A stretch of DNA of 64,000 nucleotides from an uncultured Dorea sp. (GTDB taxonomy: Bacteria > Bacillota > Clostridia > Lachnospirales > Lachnospiraceae), in the NCBI GenBank assembly GCA_900550865.1, contig URTM01000014.1, positions 1,400 through 65,399 on the forward strand. The letters run 5' to 3'. Positions 40,709 through 50,329 of the stretch are shown here, in pieces (positions within the stretch are counted from its first letter, which is position 1; every line of letters starts with the position of its first letter). The translations under genes were made by a program, and so were the position numbers. The notes under the pieces were generated by a model, which did not search any database, was not told the origin of the DNA, and worked only from the letters and a program-made list of their open reading frames with translations.

Positions 40709-41503
40709 TTATAAGCTTCTTGACATCTCTTCGCAGACTTTCATTGCTTCAATGATAGAACTTCTGAATCCGAGTTCTTCTAATGTACGAACAGCTTCAA
40801 TTGTTGTTCCTGCAGGTGAGCAAACCATGTCTTTTAATTCTCCAGGATGCTTTCCTGTATCCAGAACCATCTTGGCACTTCCGAGAACTGCCTGAGCTGC
40901 GAACTGATAAGCCTGTTTTCTTGGCATTCCACCTGAAACTGCTGCATCTGCCATAGCTTCGATCAGCATGAATACATATGCCGGTGAGCTTCCGCTTACT
41001 GCTGTTACAACGTCCATCAGACGTTCCGGAACGATCTCTGCACGGCTGAAGCTTTCCAGAAGGCTCTTTACATATGCGATCTCATCTTCTGTCAGATGCT
41101 CATTCGGGCAAACTGCTGTCATACCTTCTCCAACCATAGCCGGTGTGTTAGGCATTGTACGAACGATCTTTACATCTTTTCCGAACTGCTCTGCAAGCCA
41201 TGCAAGTGTCTTACCTGGTGCAATTGTGATGATGATCTGTTTATCTGTTACTACATCTTTGATATCTGCGATTACGCTTGCATAGAACTGAGGTTTTACA
41301 GAGAGGATAATTGTCTCTGCTTTTGAAGCAACTTCTTTATTATCTGCTGTTACATTGATTCCATATTCTTTCTGAACCCTTTCTCTTCCAGGTGCGAAAA
41401 GATCTGCCCCGATGATCTCTTCTGCAGGAATTACGTTATTCTTAATAATTCCGCCCATGATTGCTGATGCCATGTTACCTGTACCGATAAATCCTAATTT
41501 CAT
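40709..41503 (-). CDS. proC: Pyrroline-5-carboxylate reductase
   Basis: GTGNM, VKPQ, RTMPNTP, SGSSPAY, CSPAGTT. Confidence 0.96.
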   Translation of the reverse strand: MKLGFIGTGNMASAIMGGIIKNNVIPAEEIIGADLFAPGRERVQKEYGINVTADNKEVASKAETIILSVKPQFYASVIADIKDVVTDKQIIITIAPGKTLAWLAEQFGKDVKIVRTMPNTPAMVGEGMTAVCPNEHLTEDEIAYVKSLLESFSRAEIVPERLMDVVTAVSGSSPAYVFMLIEAMADAAVSGGMPRKQAYQFAAQAVLGSAKMVLDTGKHPGELKDMVCSPAGTTIEAVRTLEELGFRSSIIEAMKVCEEMSRSL

Positions 41504-41591
41504 TCTTAATTACCTTCCTTTTCCAATCTGATATTGTCTTCTTGTTCCGGCGCATGAATGATGATTTGTGATAGTTATTCTTCATGTGCTA

Positions 41592-41731
41592 TTTGTATAC
41601 GTTTTTTTAATTTGTATACAAATTGTTTCTACTGTGACTATATCACTCATTTCTAAAAAAGTCAACATGCAACCTTGAATTTTCTTTGAAAACACGTTAT
41701 AATTTGTATACAAATAAGCACAATGTATACT
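41592..41731. promoter_or_regulatory. Back-to-back sigma-A promoters with TTGTATACAA operator palindromes
   Basis: Minus TTGACT-17-TATAGT (41665-41637); plus TTGAAT-17-TATAAT (41675-41703); operators AATTTGTATACAAATT (41609) and ATTTGTATACAAAT (41702). Confidence 0.75.
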
Positions 41732-41878
41732 CTTTAACTTGAAATGCATCACAATTTTCGAGATATACACCGTGCATATAGCAACAGCATATTGAAACAA
41801 GCGGTGGAAAGATTTCCACACAAAGTATATACTGAACTATTTCATGAATATATAAAAATATAAAAGGGGGAATCCGAC

Positions 41879-42520
41879 ATGGCAGAAAAGAGTCCGTCTC
41901 TTGCCACGCAGGCTTATGAGACGATCAAAGAAAATATTATGAATCTTACCTATCCTCCGGGCATGGTCCTTACGGAATCCATGCTCACCAAGAAACTGGG
42001 GATGAGCCGCAGTCCGGTACGTACCGCGATCCAGATGCTGCAGGTCGAAGGTCTGATTGTTTCTGATTATTACAAATCTATGACCGTGAAAGAAATTACA
42101 GATAAAGACATCTATGAGATCTATCAGTTAAGGGAATTATTGGAAGGCCCGGCTTTTCACCTTATCTTTACATCAGGCCGGTATGAAGAATATTCTTACC
42201 GCATAGAAGAAAAGGTCGTACGCATGTGTGCCGCTGCAGGTAATCTGTATGAATGGGAGATCGCAGATACCGCCATGCACATGGAGATCATCAGTATTCT
42301 GGATAACGAACGGATCAACCGGATCTATGAAAATAACCTGTCCGAACTCATCCGTATCGGACAATACTCCATCCGTAATGGCATGGAAATCCCAAAGACC
42401 AATGAGAATCTAAAAAAAATGGTTGCCTATATGCGGAAAGGAAATTACGAGAAAGCGTTTGAAATACTGAAAAATGATCATTTCGGAACCGGACGCAATA
42501 CTGCTTTGAAAATGCATTGA
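41879..42520 (+). CDS. GntR-family regulator (FCD type)
   Basis: N-terminal winged HTH (YPPG..LTE..L...LGMSRSPVR); C-terminal YQLRELLE and D..MH. Confidence 0.9.
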   Translation: MAEKSPSLATQAYETIKENIMNLTYPPGMVLTESMLTKKLGMSRSPVRTAIQMLQVEGLIVSDYYKSMTVKEITDKDIYEIYQLRELLEGPAFHLIFTSGRYEEYSYRIEEKVVRMCAAAGNLYEWEIADTAMHMEIISILDNERINRIYENNLSELIRIGQYSIRNGMEIPKTNENLKKMVAYMRKGNYEKAFEILKNDHFGTGRNTALKMH

Positions 42521-42530
42521 TCTACAGAAC

Positions 42531-42560
42531 AAGAAGACGGCCGCAACCGGCCGTCTTCTT
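42531..42560. terminator. Terminator between convergent gntR and tetR genes
   Basis: AAGAAGACGGCC-GCAACC-GGCCGTCTTCTT. Confidence 0.75.
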
Positions 42561-42572
42561 AATTTTTATTCA

Positions 42573-43163
42573 TTATCTTTTAAAATGTTCCAGCATAACC
42601 GGCATACATTTTTTCGAATACTCTCCCAGTGAATATTCTCCCTTGTTCAAACACCAGTCCGAAACAAGCGCTCTTTCACACATCGAATAATATCTGACCA
42701 GTTCATTCACCGGTACTTCATCGGATATCTCTCCACGCTTCTGTCCTTCGTCAATCACACTGCTGATCAGTTTATAATATGTCCGGTTCTGATCCAGCAA
42801 TGATCTGTGTCCCTGTGCCACAAGCTGCGTAGAATAGAGAGATGCCAGAAGATCAATACTGATCTTTTCTTCCATCATGGAATGTGCTTCGTAATTCAGA
42901 TACAGTAATTTGTCATAACAGTTCATATCCGGATCCATCTTCTCTTTCAATTCTTCATAATTGTCATCCAGGATCATAGACAACGTATTCAGGAGTTCAT
43001 CCTTCGTATTAAAATAATAATAAAAGGAACCCTTGGATGTTCCGGACAGATCAATGATATCATCTACTGTCGTTCCATTATATCCTTTTTCATAGAACAG
43101 CTGCCATGCCGCAGCTACAATTCTTCCTTTTACACTCTTTTGGTTTTCTGTTTCTATCGCCAT
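42573..43163 (-). CDS. TetR/AcrR-family regulator
   Basis: LFYEKGYNGTTVDDI...SKGSFYYYFNTKDEL. Confidence 0.9.
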   Translation of the reverse strand: MAIETENQKSVKGRIVAAAWQLFYEKGYNGTTVDDIIDLSGTSKGSFYYYFNTKDELLNTLSMILDDNYEELKEKMDPDMNCYDKLLYLNYEAHSMMEEKISIDLLASLYSTQLVAQGHRSLLDQNRTYYKLISSVIDEGQKRGEISDEVPVNELVRYYSMCERALVSDWCLNKGEYSLGEYSKKCMPVMLEHFKR

Positions 43164-43260
43164 TTCTGCTCTCCTTGTCCGCCCTCTTCTTGAATACTTT
43201 CAGTATAACATATTTATCTTTCAAGTGTATATACCGAATCACTTTTCTTGTTCTGTAAGC

Positions 43261-43533
43261 CTAATATTTCACTTCAAAACTGCTTTCCAGTTCTGTCTCC
43301 ATCTCTTCTGTATCGATCCAGTCAATCTGAATAAACTGATTCCTGTTCAGTCCTTTCATCAGTTCAAAGATCAGAGATTCTCTTCCCTGCACTTCCATTA
43401 CTACCGTTCCGTCGTATTCATTCTTCACCCATCCGGTCAGATTCATGGATCTTGCCAGATATTTTGCTGTATAGCGGAAACCTACTCCCTGCACTCTTCC
43501 GTGAAATACCATGTGTTTTCTTATATCGGCCAT
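43261..43533 (-). CDS. acyP: Acylphosphatase
   Basis: GRVQGVGFR, GWVKN. Confidence 0.92.
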   Translation of the reverse strand: MADIRKHMVFHGRVQGVGFRYTAKYLARSMNLTGWVKNEYDGTVVMEVQGRESLIFELMKGLNRNQFIQIDWIDTEEMETELESSFEVKY

Positions 43534-43636
43534 CTGTCTTCCTCCTAACACTTAGAACGTGTAATGACTAAAAATCAGGGTACTGCTTTTACGCAACACC
43601 CTGGATATCCTCTGCTATACGCTCTGTCTTTATGTT

Positions 43637-44179
43637 TCATTTCTGTTCGAAATTCTTATGCACCAGTCTGCTGTATTCTTCATACGCATCCACGCCTTCA
43701 AACGACTCTTTCAGTGCATCCCGGATCCCTATATAATACCAGCCGATAATATTCTTATCCTTCATCCGGAAGCGGTTCCATAATTCTTCTCCGTACACCG
43801 GATAATCTCTGTCAATATCCCGCATATTCGAAAGCTTATCCGCAAGTCCCACCATCTGTACTTCTTTCGGAGCAGTACGGATATGTTCAATTGTTGCTGA
43901 CTTCCGTTCCATCCATGTCTTGGATTTGTCCTCGCTTTCCTGTGCCACAATTCCCGCTACCCGTTCTGAAAATTCTTCTGCCAGAATCTCTCTTGATACT
44001 CCTGCGCAATCTTCAATCGTATCATGCAGAACTGCTGCACTGATAATCTCCTCGTCCTTCGTCATCGTTGAGACAATATCTCCCACTTCGATCGGATGCA
44101 CAATATATGGCCTCCTGGTTCCTTTCCTGAACTGTCCTGCATGTGCTCTCGTGGCAAATTCAATTGCCTTATTAATCAT
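43637..44179 (-). CDS. Stand-alone HD-domain (p)ppGpp hydrolase-like protein (small alarmone hydrolase, Mesh1 type)
   Basis: HAGQFRK, PYIVHP, LHDTIED, SEDK, LADKLSN. Confidence 0.8.
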   Translation of the reverse strand: MINKAIEFATRAHAGQFRKGTRRPYIVHPIEVGDIVSTMTKDEEIISAAVLHDTIEDCAGVSREILAEEFSERVAGIVAQESEDKSKTWMERKSATIEHIRTAPKEVQMVGLADKLSNMRDIDRDYPVYGEELWNRFRMKDKNIIGWYYIGIRDALKESFEGVDAYEEYSRLVHKNFEQK

Positions 44180-44333
44180 AATGGTACCTCTCTTTTATCA
44201 CGTCTGGTCTCTGGAGCCGGTTTTCTACGGCCTGGTTAGTCATTGCTATATAAATAATATCACCTAACACTTTAAATGACAATAATTTCAGTATATAATA
44301 AAAGAAAAGTTAATTGATCAGGGGAGATAAACA

Positions 44334-45068
44334 ATGGAACAAAAGACTATTTTAATCACAGGGGCTTCCCGGGGCATCGGGAAAAGCATTGCACTACGGT
44401 TTGCATCACGCGGATATCACACATTTTTAAACTGTTCTTCTTCTGTAGATGAATTAAAAAAGCTCCGCGCTTATATCCGGAAAAAATACCACACACCTTG
44501 CACGATCGTTGTCGGGGATGTCGGTAATCCGAACCATGTAAGAGCAATCTATAACCGTATCTATCAGGACTGTACGCACCTTGATGTTCTTGTTAACAAT
44601 GCCGGAATTTCTCATATCAATCTATTATCCGATATGACCGACGAAGACTGGAATCATATTATTCAGACCAACCTGTCTTCGGTATTTTACTGCTGCCGGC
44701 AGGCCATCCCTCCGATGGTGTCAAAGCGTTCCGGTAAGATCATCAATATCTCTTCGATGTGGGGCATCTCCGGTGCTTCCTGCGAAGTTGCATACTCTGC
44801 TTCGAAATCCGGCATCAACGGATTTACCAAAGCACTTGCCAAAGAACTTGCTCCAAGCAATGTCCAGGTGAACGCAATTGCATGCGGTGTCATCGACACC
44901 TCTATGAACGACCAGCTCACACCAGAGGAACGTCATGCCCTGGAAGATGAGATTCCTGCCGGACGTTACGGAACTCCTAAGGAAATTGCCCAGATGGTAT
45001 GGAACATTGTACATGCTCCGGAATATATGACCGGACAGATCATCGGAGTTGACGGAGGATTTTTATAA
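44334..45068 (+). CDS. SDR-family oxidoreductase (FabG/YmfI-like)
   Basis: TGASRGIG, NNAG, YSASK; SSMWG..GASCEVAYS resembles YmfI. Confidence 0.85.
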   Translation: MEQKTILITGASRGIGKSIALRFASRGYHTFLNCSSSVDELKKLRAYIRKKYHTPCTIVVGDVGNPNHVRAIYNRIYQDCTHLDVLVNNAGISHINLLSDMTDEDWNHIIQTNLSSVFYCCRQAIPPMVSKRSGKIINISSMWGISGASCEVAYSASKSGINGFTKALAKELAPSNVQVNAIACGVIDTSMNDQLTPEERHALEDEIPAGRYGTPKEIAQMVWNIVHAPEYMTGQIIGVDGGFL

Positions 45069-45101
45069 AATCTCCTTCCGAACGTATGACAAAAAACATG
45101 C

Positions 45102-45182
45102 AAAAAGAGCAGTATATCGTATAAACAGATGCCACATTCCTTGATTCATGCCACCTGATTTATATTATATACTGCTCTTTTT
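45102..45182. terminator. Long bidirectional stem-loop between convergent genes
   Basis: Perfect 16-bp arms AAAAAGAGCAGTATAT / ATATACTGCTCTTTTT. Confidence 0.7.
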
Positions 45183-45267
45183 ATATCCAGTTATACAAAA
45201 GGTCTTGCCACTGGCTGCTTCTTCCACACGCATGATGCCAATAATATGCTGCAACAGCAATATAGAA

Positions 45268-46020
45268 CTACTCTATATCAAGTTCTACCGGACAATGATC
45301 GGATCCCATGATTCCGGTATGAATCTTTGCATCTTTCAGACGAGATTTCAGACTTTCAGATACACAGAAATAGTCAATCCGCCAGCCCGCATTCTTCTTT
45401 CTTGCGCTGAATCTGTAGGACCACCATGAGTAAATTCCCTCCTGATCCGGATAGAAATAACGGAATGTATCAACAAACCCGGCATTTAAAAGATCTGTAA
45501 ACTTTCCTCGCTCTTCATCTGTGAATCCGGCATTTTTCCGGTTTGTCTTCGGATTCTTCAGATCAATTTCTTTGTGCGCTACATTTAAATCACCACAGAA
45601 GATTACCGGCTTCTTCTCTTCGAGTTGTTTAAGATATGCAAGAAATGCATCTTCCCACTGCATTCTGTAATCCAGTCTCGCAAGTTCACTCTGCGAATTC
45701 GGCGTATACACTGTAATGAAATAAAAATCCTCAAATTCCAGTGTGATCACACGGCCTTCTTTGTCGTGCTCTTCGATTCCCAAACCATAACTTACTGATA
45801 GCGGCTCTCTCTTTGTAAAAACCGCAGTTCCCGAATATCCTTTTTTCTCCGCATAATTCCAGTACTGGTAATATCCCGGTGTCTCCAGTTCCAGCTGTCC
45901 GGCCTGCATCTTAGATTCCTGAATACAGAAAATATCTGCATCCATCTCATTAAAAACATCCATGAATCCTTTCTGCACACAGGCACGGATTCCATTGACA
46001 TTCCATGATATAAACTTCAT
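45268..46020 (-). CDS. xth: Exodeoxyribonuclease III (AP endonuclease)
   Basis: SWNVNG, QE.K, GDLNVAH, GWRIDY, SDHCP. Confidence 0.96.
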   Translation of the reverse strand: MKFISWNVNGIRACVQKGFMDVFNEMDADIFCIQESKMQAGQLELETPGYYQYWNYAEKKGYSGTAVFTKREPLSVSYGLGIEEHDKEGRVITLEFEDFYFITVYTPNSQSELARLDYRMQWEDAFLAYLKQLEEKKPVIFCGDLNVAHKEIDLKNPKTNRKNAGFTDEERGKFTDLLNAGFVDTFRYFYPDQEGIYSWWSYRFSARKKNAGWRIDYFCVSESLKSRLKDAKIHTGIMGSDHCPVELDIE

Positions 46021-46058
46021 ATATTCCTCCCGGCTGTCTTTCTTTTTTTCATTGCATT

Positions 46059-46793
46059 TTAATAATATACTTTTCTTAAGAACAATCCCCTTGCCGGAGC
46101 CAGAAATCCTGCAAGGCTTCTGTCTTCCGCCGCAATTACAACAGGAAGCATAGATGCATCCCTCTTACCTGCTCCGATTTCCAGAAGTGTTCCGGTAAGG
46201 ATTCTGACCATATGATACAAAAAGCCGGTACCATAATAGGTAATCCTTACTTTTTCTCCACTGCTCACAATTTTGATATTCGTAATTTTACGAACCGGAT
46301 CCTTACATTCTTTATCATCTGTAAAACTGGTGAAGTTCTTCGGTCCGATCAGATATTTGGTTGCATCACGCATTGCTTCGATATCCAGCTTTTCCGGATA
46401 ATGATAGCAGTATCTTCTTGAAAATACATCTGGTTTTTCACGACAGTCTATATAATATTCATATTTCTTTCCCTTGGCACTTTTACGTGCATGGAAACCA
46501 TTCTTCGCCAGTTCCACCTTCACAATACGGATATCTTCCGGCAGGTAACGGTTCAGTGAATCTTTCAGTTCTTTTGTATCGTATAATTTTGAAAGTTTTA
46601 CACTTGCAACCTGTCCACGTGCATGAACACCTGCATCCGTTCTTCCCGATCCATCTATATGCACTCGGTATCCGACCAGCTTTCCAATGCTCCACTCCAG
46701 GATATACTGGATTGTATTATCTGTTGTTGCCTGTCTCTGCCATCCCTGGTATCTGCTTCCATCATAGGAAATGGTTAGCTTATATGTTCTCAT
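46059..46793 (-). CDS. truA: Second tRNA pseudouridine synthase A paralog
   Basis: [26 protein letters not shown]. Confidence 0.9.
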   Translation of the reverse strand: MRTYKLTISYDGSRYQGWQRQATTDNTIQYILEWSIGKLVGYRVHIDGSGRTDAGVHARGQVASVKLSKLYDTKELKDSLNRYLPEDIRIVKVELAKNGFHARKSAKGKKYEYYIDCREKPDVFSRRYCYHYPEKLDIEAMRDATKYLIGPKNFTSFTDDKECKDPVRKITNIKIVSSGEKVRITYYGTGFLYHMVRILTGTLLEIGAGKRDASMLPVVIAAEDRSLAGFLAPARGLFLRKVYY

Positions 46794-46968
46794 ATTATTT
46801 CACCCAATCTATTCTAACATTTTTCATTTATTCTTATCAGTTTCTATATTTATTATCAATTTTTCAAACAATTGTTATAATTTCTTTCTGTCTTTTGAAA
46901 AAGGGAGAAGCAAATTTTTGCTTCTCCCTTATATTCTATCACTTTATCACTTTATAAGCAATTCATTC

Positions 46969-47418
46969 TTATTTTAATATCTTCTTTAATTCTTCCATAA
47001 ATGTACTTACATCTTTAAACTCTCTGTAAACGGACGCAAATCTGACATACGCGACTTCATCGAGTGCTTTTAATTCATCCATAACAGCTTCTCCAATTGC
47101 ACTGCTTGGAATCTCTTTTTCTTCCAGACTGAATACCTTTGTCTCAATCCGGTCAACTACTTTCTGAATATCAGCTGTTGCAACCGGTCTTTTATAACAT
47201 GCACGTACAACACCATTCTCCACCTTTCGGCGGTCATACTGTTCTCTTGTATTATCTTTTTTTATCACAGTCAGCGGAATCGTCTCTACTTTCTCATAGG
47301 TAGTAAAACGTTTCCCACATATATCGCAGGAGCGGCGGCGTCTGATCGAACTTCCGTCCTCTGCCGGTCTGGAATCAATGACTCTTGTATCCGGATTATT
47401 ACAATATGGGCATTTCAT
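46969..47418 (-). CDS. nrdR: Transcriptional repressor NrdR
   Basis: MKCPYC...VIDSR...RRRRSC..C..RFTTYE, AYVRFASVY. Start moved to 47418. Confidence 0.96.
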   Translation of the reverse strand: MKCPYCNNPDTRVIDSRPAEDGSSIRRRRSCDICGKRFTTYEKVETIPLTVIKKDNTREQYDRRKVENGVVRACYKRPVATADIQKVVDRIETKVFSLEEKEIPSSAIGEAVMDELKALDEVAYVRFASVYREFKDVSTFMEELKKILK

Positions 47419-47446
47419 CTGATTCGTTCCTTTCTGTCTGTCACGC

Positions 47447-47515
47447 AGAGAACCTGCCACCGGCAACTTCTCTTGCATACTTTGGTATCTACAGAACCTG
47501 CCACGGGCAGCTTCT
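47447..47515. repeat. Paired REP-like palindromes with linker in the nrdR leader
   Basis: AGAACCTGCC-ACC-GGCAACTTCT and AGAACCTGCC-ACG-GGCAGCTTCT. Confidence 0.65.
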
Positions 47516-47540
47516 TCCGAATGCATAGCAATTCAAGTAC

Positions 47541-47569
47541 AGTATATCTTTTTCAAAATAAGAAGTCAA
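47541..47569 (-). promoter_or_regulatory. Sigma-A-type promoter for nrdR
   Basis: TTGACT-17-TATACT. Confidence 0.65.
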
Positions 47570-47580
47570 ACACATTTCTC

Positions 47581-47829
47581 CTATTTTTCTTCATGAATTT
47601 CCACCAGGATCAGATCCGGACCAATTCTCTTGATGCAGGAAAATGGTATGATATATTCTGTTCCGTCTCCGAAAAAATTGCACCATTTTCCACCTTCCGG
47701 AACAACAAGCGCTTCTATACACCCTTTACAGTCATCTATGATCAGATCGTCTATATATCCCAGTTTTTTGCAGTCACAACAATTGATCACTTCTTTTTTT
47801 GCCAGTTCACATAACCGGACTCTGGACAT
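47581..47829 (-). CDS. YlmC/YmxH PRC-barrel sporulation protein
   Basis: L..KEVIN..D.KKLG.I.DL.ID, IPF..IKRIG.D.ILV; ylmC-nrdR synteny. Confidence 0.88.
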   Translation of the reverse strand: MSRVRLCELAKKEVINCCDCKKLGYIDDLIIDDCKGCIEALVVPEGGKWCNFFGDGTEYIIPFSCIKRIGPDLILVEIHEEK

Positions 47830-47996
47830 ACGCTTTCCACCTCCCTGTCAGACTTCAGACTACTTATCCACAAACAATGCTCCTCTGTTCTCTATATCAT
47901 ATGCATCTGTAATGCATTTTGACCTGCCAACGCATGACAACAAAAAACCTGTACATTCACAGCTTCCACCATATCTGTACAGGTTCTCTTCATGCC

Positions 47997-48182
47997 TTAC
48001 TCTTCAATTATAATGACAGCCACCGGACATTCTTCCTTTGCCTCAACCGCCGCGCTTTCATGTTCCGGAGTTACTTTTGCATATGCTTCCGCAACTCCAT
48101 CCTCATCAAATCTGAATACTTCCGGGCACGTCGCAACACAGGCTCCGCAGGAAATACATCCATCCACTACCTTTGCTTTCAT
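47997..48182 (-). CDS. Ferredoxin (single cluster)
   Basis: CISCGACVATCP and ECPV. Confidence 0.88.
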   Translation of the reverse strand: MKAKVVDGCISCGACVATCPEVFRFDEDGVAEAYAKVTPEHESAAVEAKEECPVAVIIIEE

Positions 48183-48318
48183 GAAACACTCCTCCTTGTA
48201 TTCTCCGGTCTCACATCCTGAAATGTAAGATTCGGACTTCTACAACAGTATGTCCCATTCTCCGCAGATTATTCCCGGCTGTCTTATCTGAATTGATTAG
48301 ATTTTCTATTCGTTATCC

Positions 48319-49248
48319 TTATTTGATCACCGTACCGGTCTTTCCTTTGACTGCATCATTCAGCTTGTCAAAAGATGTGATCAGTGCACTTCTTCCTTCT
48401 CTCTTTTCGAGGAATTCTACAGCTGCTCTGAACTTCGGATACATGTTATATTTTCCGAAATGTCCTTCTTCCATATAAGCTTTTGCCTGATCAACACTGA
48501 TCTCTCCCAGTTCTTCTTCTTCTGGTCTGTCCATATTGATCTTAACCTTTTCAACACTTGTCAGAATAATCAGTTCATCCGCATCTGTCTCTTCTGCCAT
48601 CTTTCCGGCTGTCAGGTCTTTTTCGATTACCGCACTTGCACCTTTCAGACGGTGATCCTGCTCTAATACCGGAATACCGCCGCCTCCGCAGGCAATAACA
48701 ACCTGATCTGCATCCAGCAGTGCTTTGATCGCATCGATCTCTACGATGCTGACCGGATTCGGAGCTGATACGATACGGCGGAATCCCTTGCCAGGTTCTT
48801 CTACAACATAGTTCCCTTTCTTGCGTTCTGCATTTGCCTCTTCTACATCCATATAACGGCCGAGTACCTTGGTCGGTGTATAGAATGCTTCATCATATGG
48901 ATCAACAATCACCTGTGTCAGGATCGTGCTGACCGTTCTGTAGATTCCGCGGTCCATCAGTTCTTCACGGATCGCATTCTGAAGGTCATATCCAATATAT
49001 CCCTGACTCATTGCAGAACATACAGACATTGGTGCTGCTGTATAATCTTCATGCTGTTTTGCGAATTCATTCATTGCTGTATGGATCATCCCAACCTGAG
49101 GTGCATTACTGTGTGTGATCGCAACCTGATATCCCTTTTCGATCAGATCACCGATTACTTTTGCTGTCTTCTTTACTGCCTCTTTCTGCTCTGGTAATGT
49201 CGTACCAAGTGCTCTGTGTCCTAATGCAACTACAACTCTTTTTTTCAT
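48319..49248 (-). CDS. arcC: Carbamate kinase
   Basis: VVALG, HSNAPQVG, CGGGGIPV, AVIEKD. Confidence 0.9.
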   Translation of the reverse strand: MKKRVVVALGHRALGTTLPEQKEAVKKTAKVIGDLIEKGYQVAITHSNAPQVGMIHTAMNEFAKQHEDYTAAPMSVCSAMSQGYIGYDLQNAIREELMDRGIYRTVSTILTQVIVDPYDEAFYTPTKVLGRYMDVEEANAERKKGNYVVEEPGKGFRRIVSAPNPVSIVEIDAIKALLDADQVVIACGGGGIPVLEQDHRLKGASAVIEKDLTAGKMAEETDADELIILTSVEKVKINMDRPEEEELGEISVDQAKAYMEEGHFGKYNMYPKFRAAVEFLEKREGRSALITSFDKLNDAVKGKTGTVIK

Positions 49249-49379
49249 AATCTATACCTCTGCTTTTCTAGTATTTTTCTACGAAATAATATAAGAAAAT
49301 TATAGTATTTTTGCTTATAAAATGCAATATTTTTTCTCTCTATTCCGCAATCGTTCTGTCATTGAATATATTTTTCTGA

Positions 49380-50009
49380 TTATAATCTTTCAAAATCCAT
49401 ATCCTGCAGTTCTGCAAATGACTGAATCGACGGATATTCGCCTTCCACTTCGCCAAATCCATATGTCGCAAAGATCATCGGTACTCCTGCTTTCTTACAC
49501 GCATTGGCATCTCCCTGCGTGTCTCCTATATACACTGCTTCATCCAGTCCGTTTCTTTCCATAATGATGCGGATATTTTCCCCTTTTAATCTGCCTGTAT
49601 AAGCAGGGCAGGTGAAATCTTTGAAATACTCACCCAGTCCGGAATTCTTAAGAAATGCTTCAATATATCCATCCTGACAGTTACTTACTATATACAATGG
49701 ATATTTTTCGCTCAGTGCCTTTATCGTCTCCGGTACGCCATCGTAGATCACACACGGGCCAACCGCTACCAGTTCATTTTCATATACCATCATCTTGCCC
49801 AGAAGTTCCATTCTCTCTTTTTCCGGCAGTTCCGGGAAGAGGCTTTCTGCTATCGCTTCCATCGGCTTACCGAATTCTTTCTGCAGTCCTTCCACCGTTA
49901 AGATCTCATGACCTTCCCATTCTTCCTGCAATACTTTATTCCATGCAATCGCGACTTCCTTTGTCGAATCCCATAAAGTTCCGTCTACGTCAAATATAAT
50001 TCCCTTCAT
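49380..50009 (-). CDS. HAD-family hydrolase
   Basis: FDVDGTLWDS, VSN, YIGDTQGD. Confidence 0.9.
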   Translation of the reverse strand: MKGIIFDVDGTLWDSTKEVAIAWNKVLQEEWEGHEILTVEGLQKEFGKPMEAIAESLFPELPEKERMELLGKMMVYENELVAVGPCVIYDGVPETIKALSEKYPLYIVSNCQDGYIEAFLKNSGLGEYFKDFTCPAYTGRLKGENIRIIMERNGLDEAVYIGDTQGDANACKKAGVPMIFATYGFGEVEGEYPSIQSFAELQDMDFERL

Positions 50010-50329
50010 TTGTGCCTCCGTTATCTGTTCTTTTTAATAATCGCTTTTTCAAGATTATTTTTATGTTTGTTTTTTTAGTATACTATTTTCATGTCTTTCC
50101 TACAAGAGCCGACTCTTACGAATCCCGGATCTCTATCTTTTTCCATGTATACACATCAACCATCGGCTCCCCTCCCGAATTCTTCTCTATTTATGTGAAA
50201 TTTCCTTCTATTTTCAGATTTCTTCATATCCACAAGATAATCGTTGTGTTATACTGGTCTTAGTTTATAGTAATCCTGAATCCAGCCATATAATAATACG
50301 ATCGGATTACGAAAGGAGAATAGTTATTT

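Noticed and set aside
47419..47526. N-terminal extension of NrdR in the ORF track
   Set aside because: It runs through the repeat pair in the leader; the canonical MKCPYC start at 47418 has an AAAGGA RBS.
47880..48280. Sporulation sigma-factor-like promoter motifs upstream of ylmC (CATATGAT) and ferredoxin (GAATA...CATACTG)
   Set aside because: Plausible, but too short and degenerate to call from sequence alone.
50010..50329. Lysine riboswitch or sRNA upstream of dapB
   Set aside because: No L-box motifs found; only short, weak inverted repeats.
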